Below, in pieces: positions 34,581-44,307 of a stretch of 64,000 nucleotides of DNA. Within the stretch, counting starts at the first letter, position 1; every line of letters begins with the position of its first letter. A program made the translations under genes and the position numbers. Source of the stretch: a virus (Duplodnaviria; Heunggongvirae; Uroviricota; Caudoviricetes); the IMG/VR virus record IMGVR_UViG_3300048593_000456, positions 26,514-90,513 of that record. One strand, given 5' to 3'. The notes beneath the pieces were generated by a model. It saw only the letters and a list, made by a program, of their open reading frames with translations, ran no database searches and was not told the DNA's origin.

Positions 34581-35375
34581 ATGGAATTTATAATTCAAAA
34601 AAATTGTCAGTTCTCGGGCGGCGAAACTGACAGACTGATTAAAGCACTAAAGCTTAATAAAGCTAAGTATACTTTGACAGACAGTGCCTATATCGAAGAC
34701 GGGGTTACGGCCAATGCCGATATATTTGTTCGCGGATCTATTGAGTTCGTGAATCAGTTTAATTTAATGTACGGAGAGTACACTAACTTGTATACTACCA
34801 ACGTAAGTAATTATACTTATAGCGAGTATACTAAAGATATCGATAACGATATGTTGAATCAGAGTTATATTATTATGCCGTGGCATAAATTATATAGACC
34901 TTATGCCGTAGATACTATTAAATCAGCCACAGCATCTAATAGATTTTTTATCAGGCCCAATAGCGGTAAAAAAATATTCACCGGCACAACATTAGGCTAC
35001 AAATATTTTACTAAAGAACTTGACATAATAAAAAATCTACCCAATTCAAGTATTGATGATAATGATCTTATTGTTATTGATTCGGCTAAAGATATAAACA
35101 TAGAATATAGATTGTTAATGCACGGAAATACCATAATTGATTATGTTCCTTATGTTATAAATAATTCAGTAAAAGTAAATATAAAAAATGATTTTACTGA
35201 GCTAGCATCAAAAATAAAACACTTTCCCGATACATTTTACGTTCTCGATATTTGTTATTACAAATGCTTTCCTTATATCTTGGAACTTAATGGTGCATCC
35301 ACATCGGGTTGGTATGACATGGACTACGATAAAATCGTTAAGTATATTATGGGGGTAAGTAATGAACAATATTAA
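34581..35375 (+). CDS. hypothetical protein, possible ATP-grasp fold
   Basis: FIRPNSGKKIFTG and YVLDICY...ILELNGA resemble ATP-grasp strands. Weak. Confidence 0.3.
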   Translation: MEFIIQKNCQFSGGETDRLIKALKLNKAKYTLTDSAYIEDGVTANADIFVRGSIEFVNQFNLMYGEYTNLYTTNVSNYTYSEYTKDIDNDMLNQSYIIMPWHKLYRPYAVDTIKSATASNRFFIRPNSGKKIFTGTTLGYKYFTKELDIIKNLPNSSIDDNDLIVIDSAKDINIEYRLLMHGNTIIDYVPYVINNSVKVNIKNDFTELASKIKHFPDTFYVLDICYYKCFPYILELNGASTSGWYDMDYDKIVKYIMGVSNEQY

Positions 35376-36078
35376 TGTCGGAAAATGCAGGGGTTGTCAA
35401 AGAAAAGATTTGCATAAAATGTGTCCTGCACACGGAACGCTTTATTATATGAGCGGTGAGCCGTTTACGAAAGAAGTAGAATCAATCTACGACAGATTCT
35501 CTCTTTTTATAAATGTAAAACTAATGAGAAAGACTTATTTTTTTTCCCAAGAAGCTCATAAAGGACAAAAACGCAGAAATGGCAAGGATTATTTTCTCGG
35601 GCACGTTTTGCCCGTAGCAATGATCGCCAGCGAATATTGTATCGACAGTGGTGCGTTCTTAGAAGATTACATAACAATTACAACTTCTGCTCTATTGCAT
35701 GATGTAGTCGAGGATACTTCTATAACTTTACAAGATATAGAAAATTATTTTGGTAATAATATAGCGTGTACTGTGGATGCTTTAACTAGAAGAAAGGAAG
35801 AAAACTATTATCAATTTATAAATAGGATACGTCCCGAAAAATACGCACCTTTTGTAAAATTATGTGATTTATTGCATAATACGAATGATGTATCACTTAA
35901 AGATAGTAACTCAAATAAACATGCATTATATTTATTTTCTATAGAAAAACTATCAAGAGATTTATCTATAAATATTTTAAATTTACAAAATATACTTAAT
36001 AATATATCCGCAGATGCACTTATACTAGACGGCATATTTCAATTTATTAAAAATAGCAATGAAAATTTGGCATATTAG
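35362..36078 (+). CDS. RelA/SpoT-type HD-domain (p)ppGpp hydrolase (small alarmone hydrolase-like)
   Basis: LGHVLPVAMIASEY...SALLHDVVEDTS is the signature SpoT hydrolase motif. Confidence 0.65.
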   Translation: MNNINVGKCRGCQRKDLHKMCPAHGTLYYMSGEPFTKEVESIYDRFSLFINVKLMRKTYFFSQEAHKGQKRRNGKDYFLGHVLPVAMIASEYCIDSGAFLEDYITITTSALLHDVVEDTSITLQDIENYFGNNIACTVDALTRRKEENYYQFINRIRPEKYAPFVKLCDLLHNTNDVSLKDSNSNKHALYLFSIEKLSRDLSINILNLQNILNNISADALILDGIFQFIKNSNENLAY

Positions 36079-36730
36079 CGATACTCACAACCTACACCTA
36101 CAACTAAAAGTACCGCAAGTAGATTGTGTTATATTCAGCGGTGATTGTAGCTCAAACGGAAATCCCGCAATAAATTTCCATGAAGTGCTTGCGTTTTTCG
36201 AATGGTATGCTATATTACCTATAAGACACAAGATTTTCGTCGGCGGGAACCACGACTTGGCAATCGAAAGAGGCTTGTACAGTGTGGAAGAAATAAAAAA
36301 CAGGGGTATTTCATATCTTATGAATGACTCTGTTGTGATCGAAGGTTTGAAGATTTGGGGCAGTCCATACACGCCATCATACGGGCATGGATGGGCTTGG
36401 AACCGCAAGCGGAGCAAGATCAGCGAGGTTTGGGACTTGATTCCGGATGACACGGATATTCTTGTCACGCACGGCCCCCCGCAAGGAATTCTTGATTATA
36501 CAATTAATATTGATGGAAGCATTGAAAACTGTGGCTGCTCTAATTTAAGAAAGCGAATTGATAAATTAAACATTAAAGCTTCGCTGTTCGGGCATATACA
36601 TAATTATAAGTATATTAAAAACAGTGGAGTTTTCAGGCCCGCAGGAAGTAATACTGTTTTCAGTAATGCCTCATGCGTTGAGGACGGAAAAATGGATAGT
36701 TTAATTTCTTGCGGGAATATTATATGTTAA
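36059..36730 (+). CDS. calcineurin-like metallophosphoesterase
   Basis: WHISDTHNLH, VIFSGDCS, GGNHD, VTHGPP. Confidence 0.65.
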   Translation: MKIWHISDTHNLHLQLKVPQVDCVIFSGDCSSNGNPAINFHEVLAFFEWYAILPIRHKIFVGGNHDLAIERGLYSVEEIKNRGISYLMNDSVVIEGLKIWGSPYTPSYGHGWAWNRKRSKISEVWDLIPDDTDILVTHGPPQGILDYTINIDGSIENCGCSNLRKRIDKLNIKASLFGHIHNYKYIKNSGVFRPAGSNTVFSNASCVEDGKMDSLISCGNIIC

Positions 36731-36835
36731 CGCGAGAGTTTTTATTAAGTAGGGGATATTGTTGTGGGCTAGGTTGTGCAAACTGTCCGTACATTCCGAA
36801 ATACACTAAAGGATCTATAGAAACAAAGGAAACAA

Positions 36836-37108
36836 ATGAGAATAAACACAAAGAGACTGATAACAGAAAAAGATAAATGGAGAATTGTTGCAAGTAATTT
36901 TTCAGATTTAGAAACTATCCTGAAATCTTTTAATTTTGAAGAATTTATTCGAAACGGTGAAAATCCTCCCGATTATTCTAAGTTCGGTCCTGATAGCTGG
37001 TTTAATTTACTTGAAAAACATTTTGGTATTACCAAAGAGCGTGCAGATAAAATAGTTGATAACTTTATAAAAAAAATGGAAGAAAATAATGCCTACACTA
37101 ACAGATAA
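36836..37108 (+). CDS. hypothetical protein
   Basis: 90-aa track ORF with ATG start. Confidence 0.35.
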   Translation: MRINTKRLITEKDKWRIVASNFSDLETILKSFNFEEFIRNGENPPDYSKFGPDSWFNLLEKHFGITKERADKIVDNFIKKMEENNAYTNR

Positions 37109-37397
37109 AGAAAAAGATTTTTTACTTAAAGCAATGTTGGCCGATATAGGGGTAACTTTTACTAAAAATTCAAGAAGTTCATATATTTACTTCTTAAAAA
37201 GGGTCGGGATTTTTCGTCGCAAAAAAGTTATCGGGCGTTGCCATCCAGAATTTGAAGATTACGAAATGTATGGATTCCCGTACACTAATAGTAAAATTCA
37301 TGCTATGATTAGTGAAAGATACAATGTAGACCCTAAAATTATTTTTAATTCTGATTATCCCAGTGATGATAGTATTATTCATCCATTCATGTTTTAA
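37089..37397 (+). CDS. hypothetical protein
   Basis: 102-aa track ORF with ATG start. Confidence 0.35.
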   Translation: MPTLTDKEKDFLLKAMLADIGVTFTKNSRSSYIYFLKRVGIFRRKKVIGRCHPEFEDYEMYGFPYTNSKIHAMISERYNVDPKIIFNSDYPSDDSIIHPFMF

Positions 37398-37420
37398 CAT
37401 TTTACACCGAGGAATATAAC

Positions 37421-37729
37421 ATGGGAATGCCCGGATACGCACTTGTAACTATTACTACTAAAGTAAATTATGAAAACCAAACTGTTTCAAAAGAAATAAA
37501 ACTTGGTAATCACTGTGGGCTTAACGGTTTAAGCTTAAGTTTTGATTTTGATAAAACAATAGAACATTCTATATATATAAAAAATAAATTATTTCGTGAT
37601 TTATCTATGCTTCCTGATGGAACTTATAAGATAAGTAGAAAAAAAAGACCAGAGAATTTTTTAAACTTTAATCCAGATGAATATTTTGACTATGTTTGGA
37701 TTCCGGTAGGAGAAAATGATGAATTTTGA
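37421..37729 (+). CDS. hypothetical protein
   Basis: 102-aa track ORF with ATG start. Confidence 0.35.
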   Translation: MGMPGYALVTITTKVNYENQTVSKEIKLGNHCGLNGLSLSFDFDKTIEHSIYIKNKLFRDLSMLPDGTYKISRKKRPENFLNFNPDEYFDYVWIPVGENDEF

Positions 37730-38114
37730 AATAAGACATCAGATTTCGGATCTTGAAGAAGAAATATATTGCTTCAATGTTCATAACGATTCAATAATTT
37801 ATAATTCATTTTTGTCATCAAAAAGAAAAAACGTAAATGATCCATTCGGTTATGACTGGCATAAATTTTATGCTAATGCAAAACAGTCAGAATTAAATGC
37901 TCTTGAGAAAGAATTTGGAGAAGATATTCACTACTGGAATCATCCGGAAAATTACAGACTTAATGAACTTGATGATCGTTACAATCCTACTATGCACGGA
38001 CTTGTTAGTGGGCTTTCTACTTCACATTTAGTTAAAAAACATCCTTTAAAAATTTCACCAGATGATGTAAAAAATGCACTTATAGAAAAAATAAAAAAGA
38101 TGGAGGTTAGGTAA
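37716..38114 (+). CDS. hypothetical protein
   Basis: 132-aa track ORF with ATG start. Confidence 0.35.
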   Translation: MMNFEIRHQISDLEEEIYCFNVHNDSIIYNSFLSSKRKNVNDPFGYDWHKFYANAKQSELNALEKEFGEDIHYWNHPENYRLNELDDRYNPTMHGLVSGLSTSHLVKKHPLKISPDDVKNALIEKIKKMEVR

Positions 38115-38582
38115 ATGTTAAGACGAAGTTTATTTAAATATTTATTGGCACTTTCTACTGCAACTTTTATATCCCCGGAAAAATTATTTGCAGTAAAAGA
38201 TAACATTTTAAACGAACTTGTCAGCGTATCAATTGAAACCACTTTCGAACTAGAGCAAACATTTGGTTTTCCTGTCGAATATGAGGAACCTAAACCCCCC
38301 ATAACAACCGTCCGTATAGAATATAAAAATGGCAGTGTTTATGAATTTGTCGGAAATGTCAAAAGATGGATGTTAAACAAAGAAATTTCGAAGGAAAATC
38401 GCGTGACAGATATTGAACTATTTGATGATTGTATTGTAATACATACAAATAACGGAAAATGTTTTATTGGATTATTGAAAAACGATGAATATAATAGTGC
38501 AATTAATAACCTAAACGGTATTGGTTACAATGGCTCGATTCCGTGGCATAACAAAAATGACCCACAGTTCTTCAAATTATAG
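38115..38582 (+). CDS. secreted hypothetical protein
   Basis: N-terminal signal-like LFKYLLALSTATFISP. Confidence 0.35.
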   Translation: MLRRSLFKYLLALSTATFISPEKLFAVKDNILNELVSVSIETTFELEQTFGFPVEYEEPKPPITTVRIEYKNGSVYEFVGNVKRWMLNKEISKENRVTDIELFDDCIVIHTNNGKCFIGLLKNDEYNSAINNLNGIGYNGSIPWHNKNDPQFFKL

Positions 38583-38680
38583 CCCGTGTTATAAGTTTTT
38601 TTATGTTCCACATAGTTTTAAGTTAATCTCGACGGTCCGCTTGGAAGGACTAATTGCAGAAAGATATAGTATTGTATAAA

Positions 38681-39034
38681 ATGATAAAAGAACCAACACC
38701 GCCACCGCTACCGCATACTTGGCCTAAAGTTAGTTCAGCGAGGCTGAATCACGAAAACCATTGTCTTGTATACCCAGTGAAGGGAACGCAGAAAGGCTTT
38801 TGTTGCGAATTCGGATGGCGAGTAGCAGGATGGTCAAACGCTCCCTATCCGAACCGAATGGGGGGAGAGACAAAGGCAATTGTATTTGAAAAAACATCGC
38901 CAGCATCAGAGTCGATTATGGATTGTCTGGCAGATTTAGAACCCGGATTGTACTGGTGTCACGGAGATATTGAATTAATGGACATTAGATCTGAAAACCC
39001 GCCAACATCGCCTCCGCCGCCGAAAGCTAAGTAA
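38681..39034 (+). CDS. proline-rich hypothetical protein (paralog of 39262..39501)
   Basis: Starts MIKEPTPPPLP and ends ...NPPTSPPPPKAK. Confidence 0.35.
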   Translation: MIKEPTPPPLPHTWPKVSSARLNHENHCLVYPVKGTQKGFCCEFGWRVAGWSNAPYPNRMGGETKAIVFEKTSPASESIMDCLADLEPGLYWCHGDIELMDIRSENPPTSPPPPKAK

Positions 39035-39261
39035 CATTCTCTTTTTGCGGTATTCTTATAAAAAACAAAAATATGAACGAAACTCTCCGAGAATTAAATT
39101 TTTTTGTAATTATATTTCCAATAGCAATTATAATTTGTGCTATTTTTCCGTCGATTAGTGAATATATTATTGCATTATTGTATGCTATTGCAGGAACGCC
39201 ACAATTTTTCATACAAATAAATGGCGAATGAATTTAAAAATCCATTTTACAAAACTAAACC

Positions 39262-39501
39262 ATGTCAACTAAAGAACCAATCTCGCCGCCCCCAAAGTCA
39301 AGGTACGACCATCCCCTAGCAGAAGATATTGTGAGTGCCGCCATCAGTTGGCGATACTTCCAGACTGTAGGGCACAGCAAAACGGCGGCTCGCTACTTAG
39401 ACCAGCTAGCCGATGCTATCGATAAGATGGTCTATGACTTAGATCATCCGTCAACCTCACCACCACCACCACCACCACCACCACCACCACGAAAGCAGTA
39501 A
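39262..39501 (+). CDS. hypothetical protein with C-terminal poly-proline (P10) tract
   Basis: Starts MSTKEPISPPP... and ends ...PSTSPPPPPPPPPPRKQ, encoded by a (CCA)10 repeat. Confidence 0.4.
   Translation: MSTKEPISPPPKSRYDHPLAEDIVSAAISWRYFQTVGHSKTAARYLDQLADAIDKMVYDLDHPSTSPPPPPPPPPPRKQ
39458..39490 (+). repeat. (CCA/CAC)n trinucleotide microsatellite, about 11 units
   Basis: caccaccacc... run read in the text. In frame it gives a Pro10 tract. Confidence 0.7.
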
Positions 39502-39504
39502 ACA

Positions 39505-39744
39505 ATGAATTTAGATACTAGATTATTTATATACATCCTAATGTGTTTATTAGGAACTATTTTGGTAGGCTACATGCAAGTAGAATACTCAAGACGATCA
39601 TATGAAGCTGGTGATAAAAGCTCTTATGCTTGGATGGGATTTCTTCCGTTTTTTATACCTCTTTTCTTAATGGAGGCCCTGAAATATATAGTTCCCGTGG
39701 CTATAGTAATAGAAATAGTTATTTATTTACTCGAAAAAAAATAA
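39505..39744 (+). CDS. small membrane protein
   Basis: Two TM helices. Confidence 0.4.
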   Translation: MNLDTRLFIYILMCLLGTILVGYMQVEYSRRSYEAGDKSSYAWMGFLPFFIPLFLMEALKYIVPVAIVIEIVIYLLEKK

Positions 39745-39745
39745 C

Positions 39746-40255
39746 ATGAAATGCAAAAAATGCGAACATTATTCAACTCATTCAGACAAGTGTTTAAACT
39801 GCGGAAATAAATTCCCATATTTTTACATGGAAAATATTATGGTTTTAAAAAATAAAACTTATCGGGGCGTTATTACTTCTTTGCCCCCAAACGGTATTTT
39901 TGTTTACGGGGCTAATACCGAGGGGCGACACGGAATGGGTGCGGCCAAAGTTGCCAGAGAAAAATTTGGGGCAATTTACGGAAAAACGGGTTTACAAGGG
40001 CAAAGTTATGGTATAATAACTAAAGACCTCGGGGCGACCAGTCACCCCTCGGTATCTGTTGATGCCATAACAAAACAGATCCTAGATCTGTATAAGTTTG
40101 CAGAAACTAGGCCCGACTTAGAATTTTACGTAGCGTATAGCGGCAGAGGTAAAAACCTCAATGGTTATACACCGGAGCAAATGGCTGGTATGTTCATGCA
40201 CTTTCCAGTTCCGCATAATATAGTTTTTGAAGAAGAGTTTTGTAAACTTAAATAA
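39746..40255 (+). CDS. zinc-ribbon plus Rossmann-like (macro/SLOG-like?) domain protein
   Basis: N-terminal CKKCEHY...CLNCGNKF. Gly-rich FVYGANTEGRHGMGAAKVAREKFG. The fold assignment is tentative. Confidence 0.3.
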   Translation: MKCKKCEHYSTHSDKCLNCGNKFPYFYMENIMVLKNKTYRGVITSLPPNGIFVYGANTEGRHGMGAAKVAREKFGAIYGKTGLQGQSYGIITKDLGATSHPSVSVDAITKQILDLYKFAETRPDLEFYVAYSGRGKNLNGYTPEQMAGMFMHFPVPHNIVFEEEFCKLK

Positions 40256-40273
40256 TAAAGAAGGTACTAATTT

Positions 40274-40504
40274 ATGAAAGCGTCAGAATTTTGTTACTGG
40301 TTACAAGGCATGTTTGAGCTAAGTAACCCGCAGGAATTGAATAAACAACAAACAACTCAAATCCAAAGGCATCTTGCTTTGGTATTCAAGCACGATATTG
40401 ATCCACAGCAGGGAACACCCGAGCACCAAGCCGAATTGCAGGCAATCCACGACGGACAGCAATTTGGGGGAATTGGACCGAACGGTGAATTATATCGCTG
40501 CTAA
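40274..40504 (+). CDS. hypothetical protein
   Basis: 76-aa track ORF with ATG start. Confidence 0.35.
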   Translation: MKASEFCYWLQGMFELSNPQELNKQQTTQIQRHLALVFKHDIDPQQGTPEHQAELQAIHDGQQFGGIGPNGELYRC

Positions 40505-40514
40505 TTTAAATAAT

Positions 40515-40748
40515 ATGACAAACGAAAACAAGCCAATTTCCATTTCCAGCAAGCAAGACTTCGTCAAACCTGATTTTTCGGAGGACTGTGATGAATTTCC
40601 GCTGGATTTACTATGCCCTATAAAGACACCCGAGGATTATGTTTTTGATTCTAAAATGTTTCACAATATGTCGCTGGGCATAGTTTTTGACGGAATGAGT
40701 GAAGAAGAAATTAAAATGGCCAAGATGGGATATAGAAGAATAATATGA
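40515..40748 (+). CDS. hypothetical protein
   Basis: In-frame ATG giving MTNENKPIS.... Confidence 0.3.
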   Translation: MTNENKPISISSKQDFVKPDFSEDCDEFPLDLLCPIKTPEDYVFDSKMFHNMSLGIVFDGMSEEEIKMAKMGYRRII

Positions 40749-41167
40749 AAACTAAATATTTACTTACAATGTATTCCGAGAGTGAGCGATGGAATCGCTG
40801 TTATGCACAATGGGAAACAGACAAATATCACAACCACGAAGAATTTGATTTAGACGATGAAGAAGGCTTGATTAAAGCCATTGCTTATTTCGTAGAAGAA
40901 TATCCTAATGGTGAATATGAAATTTATATTATTGAGTCCCGTAAGTATTGGGACGAAGATGAATTTATGTGGCATCAGGACGAAGAACATGAAAATAAAA
41001 TGGCTAATATTAGAAAGGAATCTATAAATTTAGCAGAAAAAATCAAGCAGGAAAAAAATGCTAAAGAAATAGAAGCTAGAAATAAAAAACTGCAAGAAGA
41101 AAAAGAAGCTGAAAAACAAAGAGAACTCAAATTACTAGCAGAGCTAAAAGCCAAACATGAAAAATGA
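40745..41167 (+). CDS. hypothetical charged coiled-coil protein
   Basis: E/K-rich C-terminus. Confidence 0.35.
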   Translation: MKTKYLLTMYSESERWNRCYAQWETDKYHNHEEFDLDDEEGLIKAIAYFVEEYPNGEYEIYIIESRKYWDEDEFMWHQDEEHENKMANIRKESINLAEKIKQEKNAKEIEARNKKLQEEKEAEKQRELKLLAELKAKHEK

Positions 41168-41570
41168 AACAAAAAAAGCTCTTGAAGCAGCCGGATGGAG
41201 ATTTGGCGATGCTTCGGACTTCTTAGAAGCGATAAACTCGCATAGAAAGAAAATAATGAAACATGAAAAATTAGTAGACGAAATAGCTAATCTAGTCGAT
41301 AGACGACAAAGTGAATCTTTTCATATAAATACTGAAACGGCAAGATTTTTAATAAACGATTCTATCGAAAAATATATACATGACCTCATTCATGATATTT
41401 CCTTAGAAGAAATAAACGGCGAAAGAATATTCCATAATCTAATTGATTATTACAGGTTGCCCGATACTCATAAATATCTTTTCTCAAAAGATTATGACGA
41501 TATGGATGAGACAGAAAGATCTATACATTATAGGGCGTTACCGCCTGCCAAACTAACAAACTTAGAATAA
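41157..41570 (+). CDS. hypothetical protein
   Basis: 137-aa track ORF with ATG start. Confidence 0.35.
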   Translation: MKNETKKALEAAGWRFGDASDFLEAINSHRKKIMKHEKLVDEIANLVDRRQSESFHINTETARFLINDSIEKYIHDLIHDISLEEINGERIFHNLIDYYRLPDTHKYLFSKDYDDMDETERSIHYRALPPAKLTNLE

Positions 41571-41581
41571 GGAATGACAAA

Positions 41582-42517
41582 ATGAACTATTTAGAAATTA
41601 TGGCTAATAAGCCTAAAAACCCAAACTATATACTCCGTCAATTTGACGAAAATCTTGCAAAGATTATGGATGAGGGTTATGATATGGAAGATAGAACCGG
41701 AACGGGCTGTAGATATTTGCCGGGTATAACTACAACCATAGATATATCGGAAAGAGTTCCAGTGCCAACGCTCAGGGCAACTAAATGGAAATCTATGCTG
41801 GCAGAATATTTATGGTTTCTAACTGGTTCGGATCGTATAAGCGACCTTAGAAATAAATTTGGTAGTAAAGTGTGGGATTCTTGGCAAAAATCTGAATGGG
41901 CTAAATCTAAGGGTTTGCCGGAAGATTCGATTGGTTATGGTTATGGGCCAAATTTAACGCATTATGGAGCAAATTTAAACTCTCAAAACAATAGACTATT
42001 AATAGAAAAAAGACCTGATTTAAATAATTATTTTGGTTTCAATCAAGTAGATCATGTTATAAATTTACTTAAAACAAATCCTAATTCCAGAAGAATTCTG
42101 TGGTCATTCTTTAGACCCGATAAACAAGGCCCGGAAAATGTAGTTTTAGATCCATGTCATCTAATTTATCAGTTTATACCTGAACCAAATAGAAAATTAT
42201 CGTGCTGTGTTTACATACGCAGTAATGATATGTTTGTGGGCGCGTTAAGCACAAATCTTCAAGGTGCAGCTTTTTATACTTATATGCTTGGGCAAATTTG
42301 CGGATTTACTCCGAGTAAATTGATAGTAATGTCTGCTCACGCACATATTTATAAAAATCATTTTACTTATGTTGAGGAATATTTGTCCAGAGAAGAAGTT
42401 GATTCTCCTGTATTAAAATTACAAAAAGTTGATAGTATTTATGACTATACTTTAGATAATTTTGAGCTAACAGACTATAATCCTCATCCATCAATGAAAG
42501 TTCCGATTTCTGTCTGA
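41582..42517 (+). CDS. thyA: thymidylate synthase family protein (ThyA or dUMP hydroxymethylase)
   Basis: DRTGTGCRYLPG. Catalytic LDPCHLIYQFIP. RSNDMFVGALSTNLQG retains the specificity Asn, i.e. a dUMP substrate. Confidence 0.8.
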   Translation: MNYLEIMANKPKNPNYILRQFDENLAKIMDEGYDMEDRTGTGCRYLPGITTTIDISERVPVPTLRATKWKSMLAEYLWFLTGSDRISDLRNKFGSKVWDSWQKSEWAKSKGLPEDSIGYGYGPNLTHYGANLNSQNNRLLIEKRPDLNNYFGFNQVDHVINLLKTNPNSRRILWSFFRPDKQGPENVVLDPCHLIYQFIPEPNRKLSCCVYIRSNDMFVGALSTNLQGAAFYTYMLGQICGFTPSKLIVMSAHAHIYKNHFTYVEEYLSREEVDSPVLKLQKVDSIYDYTLDNFELTDYNPHPSMKVPISV

Positions 42518-42540
42518 ATATGAAAAATCCTGATTTTTCT

Positions 42541-42568
42541 GTTGACAACTACAACCCGTATGATAAAA
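42541..42568 (+). promoter_or_regulatory. sigma70-like promoter (TTGACA-16-TAAAAT)
   Basis: Read directly in the sequence, downstream of thyA. Confidence 0.3.
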
Positions 42569-42590
42569 TAGACGTAGGAGCGGTAACGGT

Positions 42591-42794
42591 GTGAAAGACA
42601 GAATAGTTAAAATTATTGAAAGCCTATACGGACCCGTTAAATGGGGTGGTTCTATGGGCTGGGGAGACGGAGTTATAACTTGTTCAGTTGTTAAAGACGG
42701 ACAAGTTGTTAAAGGTGTTAGTGGTGGCGATTGTTCATCACTTGAGGCTGTAATTGATTTGGCCGGTAAATTAAATATTAAGCTAGGAGTATAA
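42591..42794 (+). CDS. hypothetical small protein
   Basis: Taken from the track. My manual reading of this stretch was off by one base, so treat as low confidence. Confidence 0.3.
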   Translation: MKDRIVKIIESLYGPVKWGGSMGWGDGVITCSVVKDGQVVKGVSGGDCSSLEAVIDLAGKLNIKLGV

Positions 42795-42795
42795 A

Positions 42796-43056
42796 ATGTT
42801 CCCATCAAGAAGTTTGTGTGAATATTCTGAACAAGAATTTGTACTAATTTCAGCATTGAGTCCTCATTGGACAAATGTAATTAAGGAGACGTACATTTCA
42901 CCGTTGGAATTATATAAAATTCTTGCGATTGAGTGTTTCCTTTCGAATCGTCAGGGGCCAGAAGTAGATGCTTTAAGAAGAGGGTTAGCGGCCTTACAAA
43001 GCTGTAGTATATATAGAATGACAAGTGAGTTTGATGAATTAGTAAGGATTTCATAA
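42796..43056 (+). CDS. hypothetical protein
   Basis: The track translation was verified against the sequence. Confidence 0.4.
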   Translation: MFPSRSLCEYSEQEFVLISALSPHWTNVIKETYISPLELYKILAIECFLSNRQGPEVDALRRGLAALQSCSIYRMTSEFDELVRIS

Positions 43057-43060
43057 AAGT

Positions 43061-43495
43061 ATGTACAGACTAACTTCACCCGATAAATTAACAATCAAGC
43101 CTCACGTTTGCAATACTCCGGAACTTGCGGAAATTGTCAGGAATTACATTGAGTCTCGACACGATTGCACTATAATAGTAGAAGAACGCCCCGGCAAGAT
43201 GTACTTCGATTGTCCGGGTTCAAAGTGGATAAACCCTAGTCTTTACGATGTAACGATTGGAATTATCGAGACAAAAGTAGACGAGGCCGGAATGTTGGCA
43301 TGGAACATAGAAATTATGGAGCACGACTTTTTAAGGGGCTTTTCAAGAATGAAGTCTTTCTTGGAAAACATTTGCCTGTCGGAGTCGGAACTGATTGAAT
43401 GCAAAGAATTTGTCCGGGCAAATCAAGACCAGTTAAATAAATGGCATAAAGAAGTTGATGTAATATTTTATAATCAAAAATCAAAGGAAAAGTAA
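43061..43495 (+). CDS. hypothetical protein
   Basis: 144-aa track ORF with ATG start. Confidence 0.4.
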   Translation: MYRLTSPDKLTIKPHVCNTPELAEIVRNYIESRHDCTIIVEERPGKMYFDCPGSKWINPSLYDVTIGIIETKVDEAGMLAWNIEIMEHDFLRGFSRMKSFLENICLSESELIECKEFVRANQDQLNKWHKEVDVIFYNQKSKEK

Positions 43496-43714
43496 ATGAA
43501 TCAACAAAGTAAACTTGATTCTATCTTAGAACAGTTAGTTCAAAATAATTTTTTAGCTGAAGATCACTATGCCAGAGACTACTGTAAATACTGTCTCACA
43601 GAGTATGGCAACTATTTCAAGCGTGGATTCGACAAACAATCTACTCAAACAAACCACAAACCCGATTGTTTGTATAGGCTCGCCGTTGAAGTCTTAGAAG
43701 AAAGCGAAAAATGA
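43496..43714 (+). CDS. hypothetical protein
   Basis: 72-aa track ORF with ATG start. Confidence 0.35.
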   Translation: MNQQSKLDSILEQLVQNNFLAEDHYARDYCKYCLTEYGNYFKRGFDKQSTQTNHKPDCLYRLAVEVLEESEK

Positions 43715-44028
43715 ACATACCACAAGATATTTATTATATTAAATTAGCCCGTGACATAGAAAACTTTCTATACGACAATAAGATAGTTCACTGGCCTATT
43801 GATTTAGATTATGATTACGATAGAAATCGTGCTGATCTTACTATGGAAATAAAAAAGGGCGAACTAGACGATCTTGAAAAATCAAAAATGCTTAGCACAA
43901 TATTGGCTAATTTTAATTATAAGTTATCACATACCGGCCCTAGAACAGATTTTTTATACGGTCATTTAACTGTAGTTCCAATGGAAAACGAAGATTCTGT
44001 CACATTTCACATATGTTTTATTTTTTAA
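43711..44028 (+). CDS. hypothetical protein
   Basis: 105-aa track ORF with ATG start. Confidence 0.35.
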   Translation: MNIPQDIYYIKLARDIENFLYDNKIVHWPIDLDYDYDRNRADLTMEIKKGELDDLEKSKMLSTILANFNYKLSHTGPRTDFLYGHLTVVPMENEDSVTFHICFIF

Positions 44029-44049
44029 TATAGGCAAGGAAGATATAAA

Positions 44050-44307
44050 ATGGGAATGACAGCTAGGTTTAAATGCCAAAGCTATTTTATTGTAAAAACA
44101 AAAAAGACAGATTTTTCTTTAGGTTGCACTTTTACAAAAATTGCGCATCCTGCACCGGAAGTAGACTTTAACATCGCTAACTATATAGAATACGATCACC
44201 ATTATGATATAATTGTTATGGATGGTGGAGAAACGGTTACTATTATAAACGTGCCAAAAGATATGATTACCATTGCAAATAAACACCTGAAAGGAAATAA
44301 GTCATGA
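44050..44307 (+). CDS. hypothetical protein
   Basis: 85-aa track ORF with ATG start. Confidence 0.35.
   Translation: MGMTARFKCQSYFIVKTKKTDFSLGCTFTKIAHPAPEVDFNIANYIEYDHHYDIIVMDGGETVTIINVPKDMITIANKHLKGNKS

Noticed and set aside
36724-36873. 49-aa Cys-rich mini-ORF (…GYCCGLGCANCPY…) overlapping the MPP stop and the start of 36836..37108
   Set aside because: No RBS. It overlaps two better-supported genes. The Cys pattern only loosely resembles ferredoxin or RiPP motifs.
39458-39490. (CCA)n repeat as an ON/OFF phase-variation switch
   Set aside because: Unit length is 3, so slippage keeps the reading frame. Only tract length would vary.
42591-42794. Apparent frameshift: my read of the text gives GTG at 42590 and an extra G at 42720/42721. 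A similar case occurs at 52086/52141. Both disagree with the track's protein.
   Set aside because: Both discrepancies are single-base offsets and the track translations are otherwise exact where checked. Most likely I miscounted a homopolymer when reading by eye. The track frame was used and no biological frameshift is claimed.
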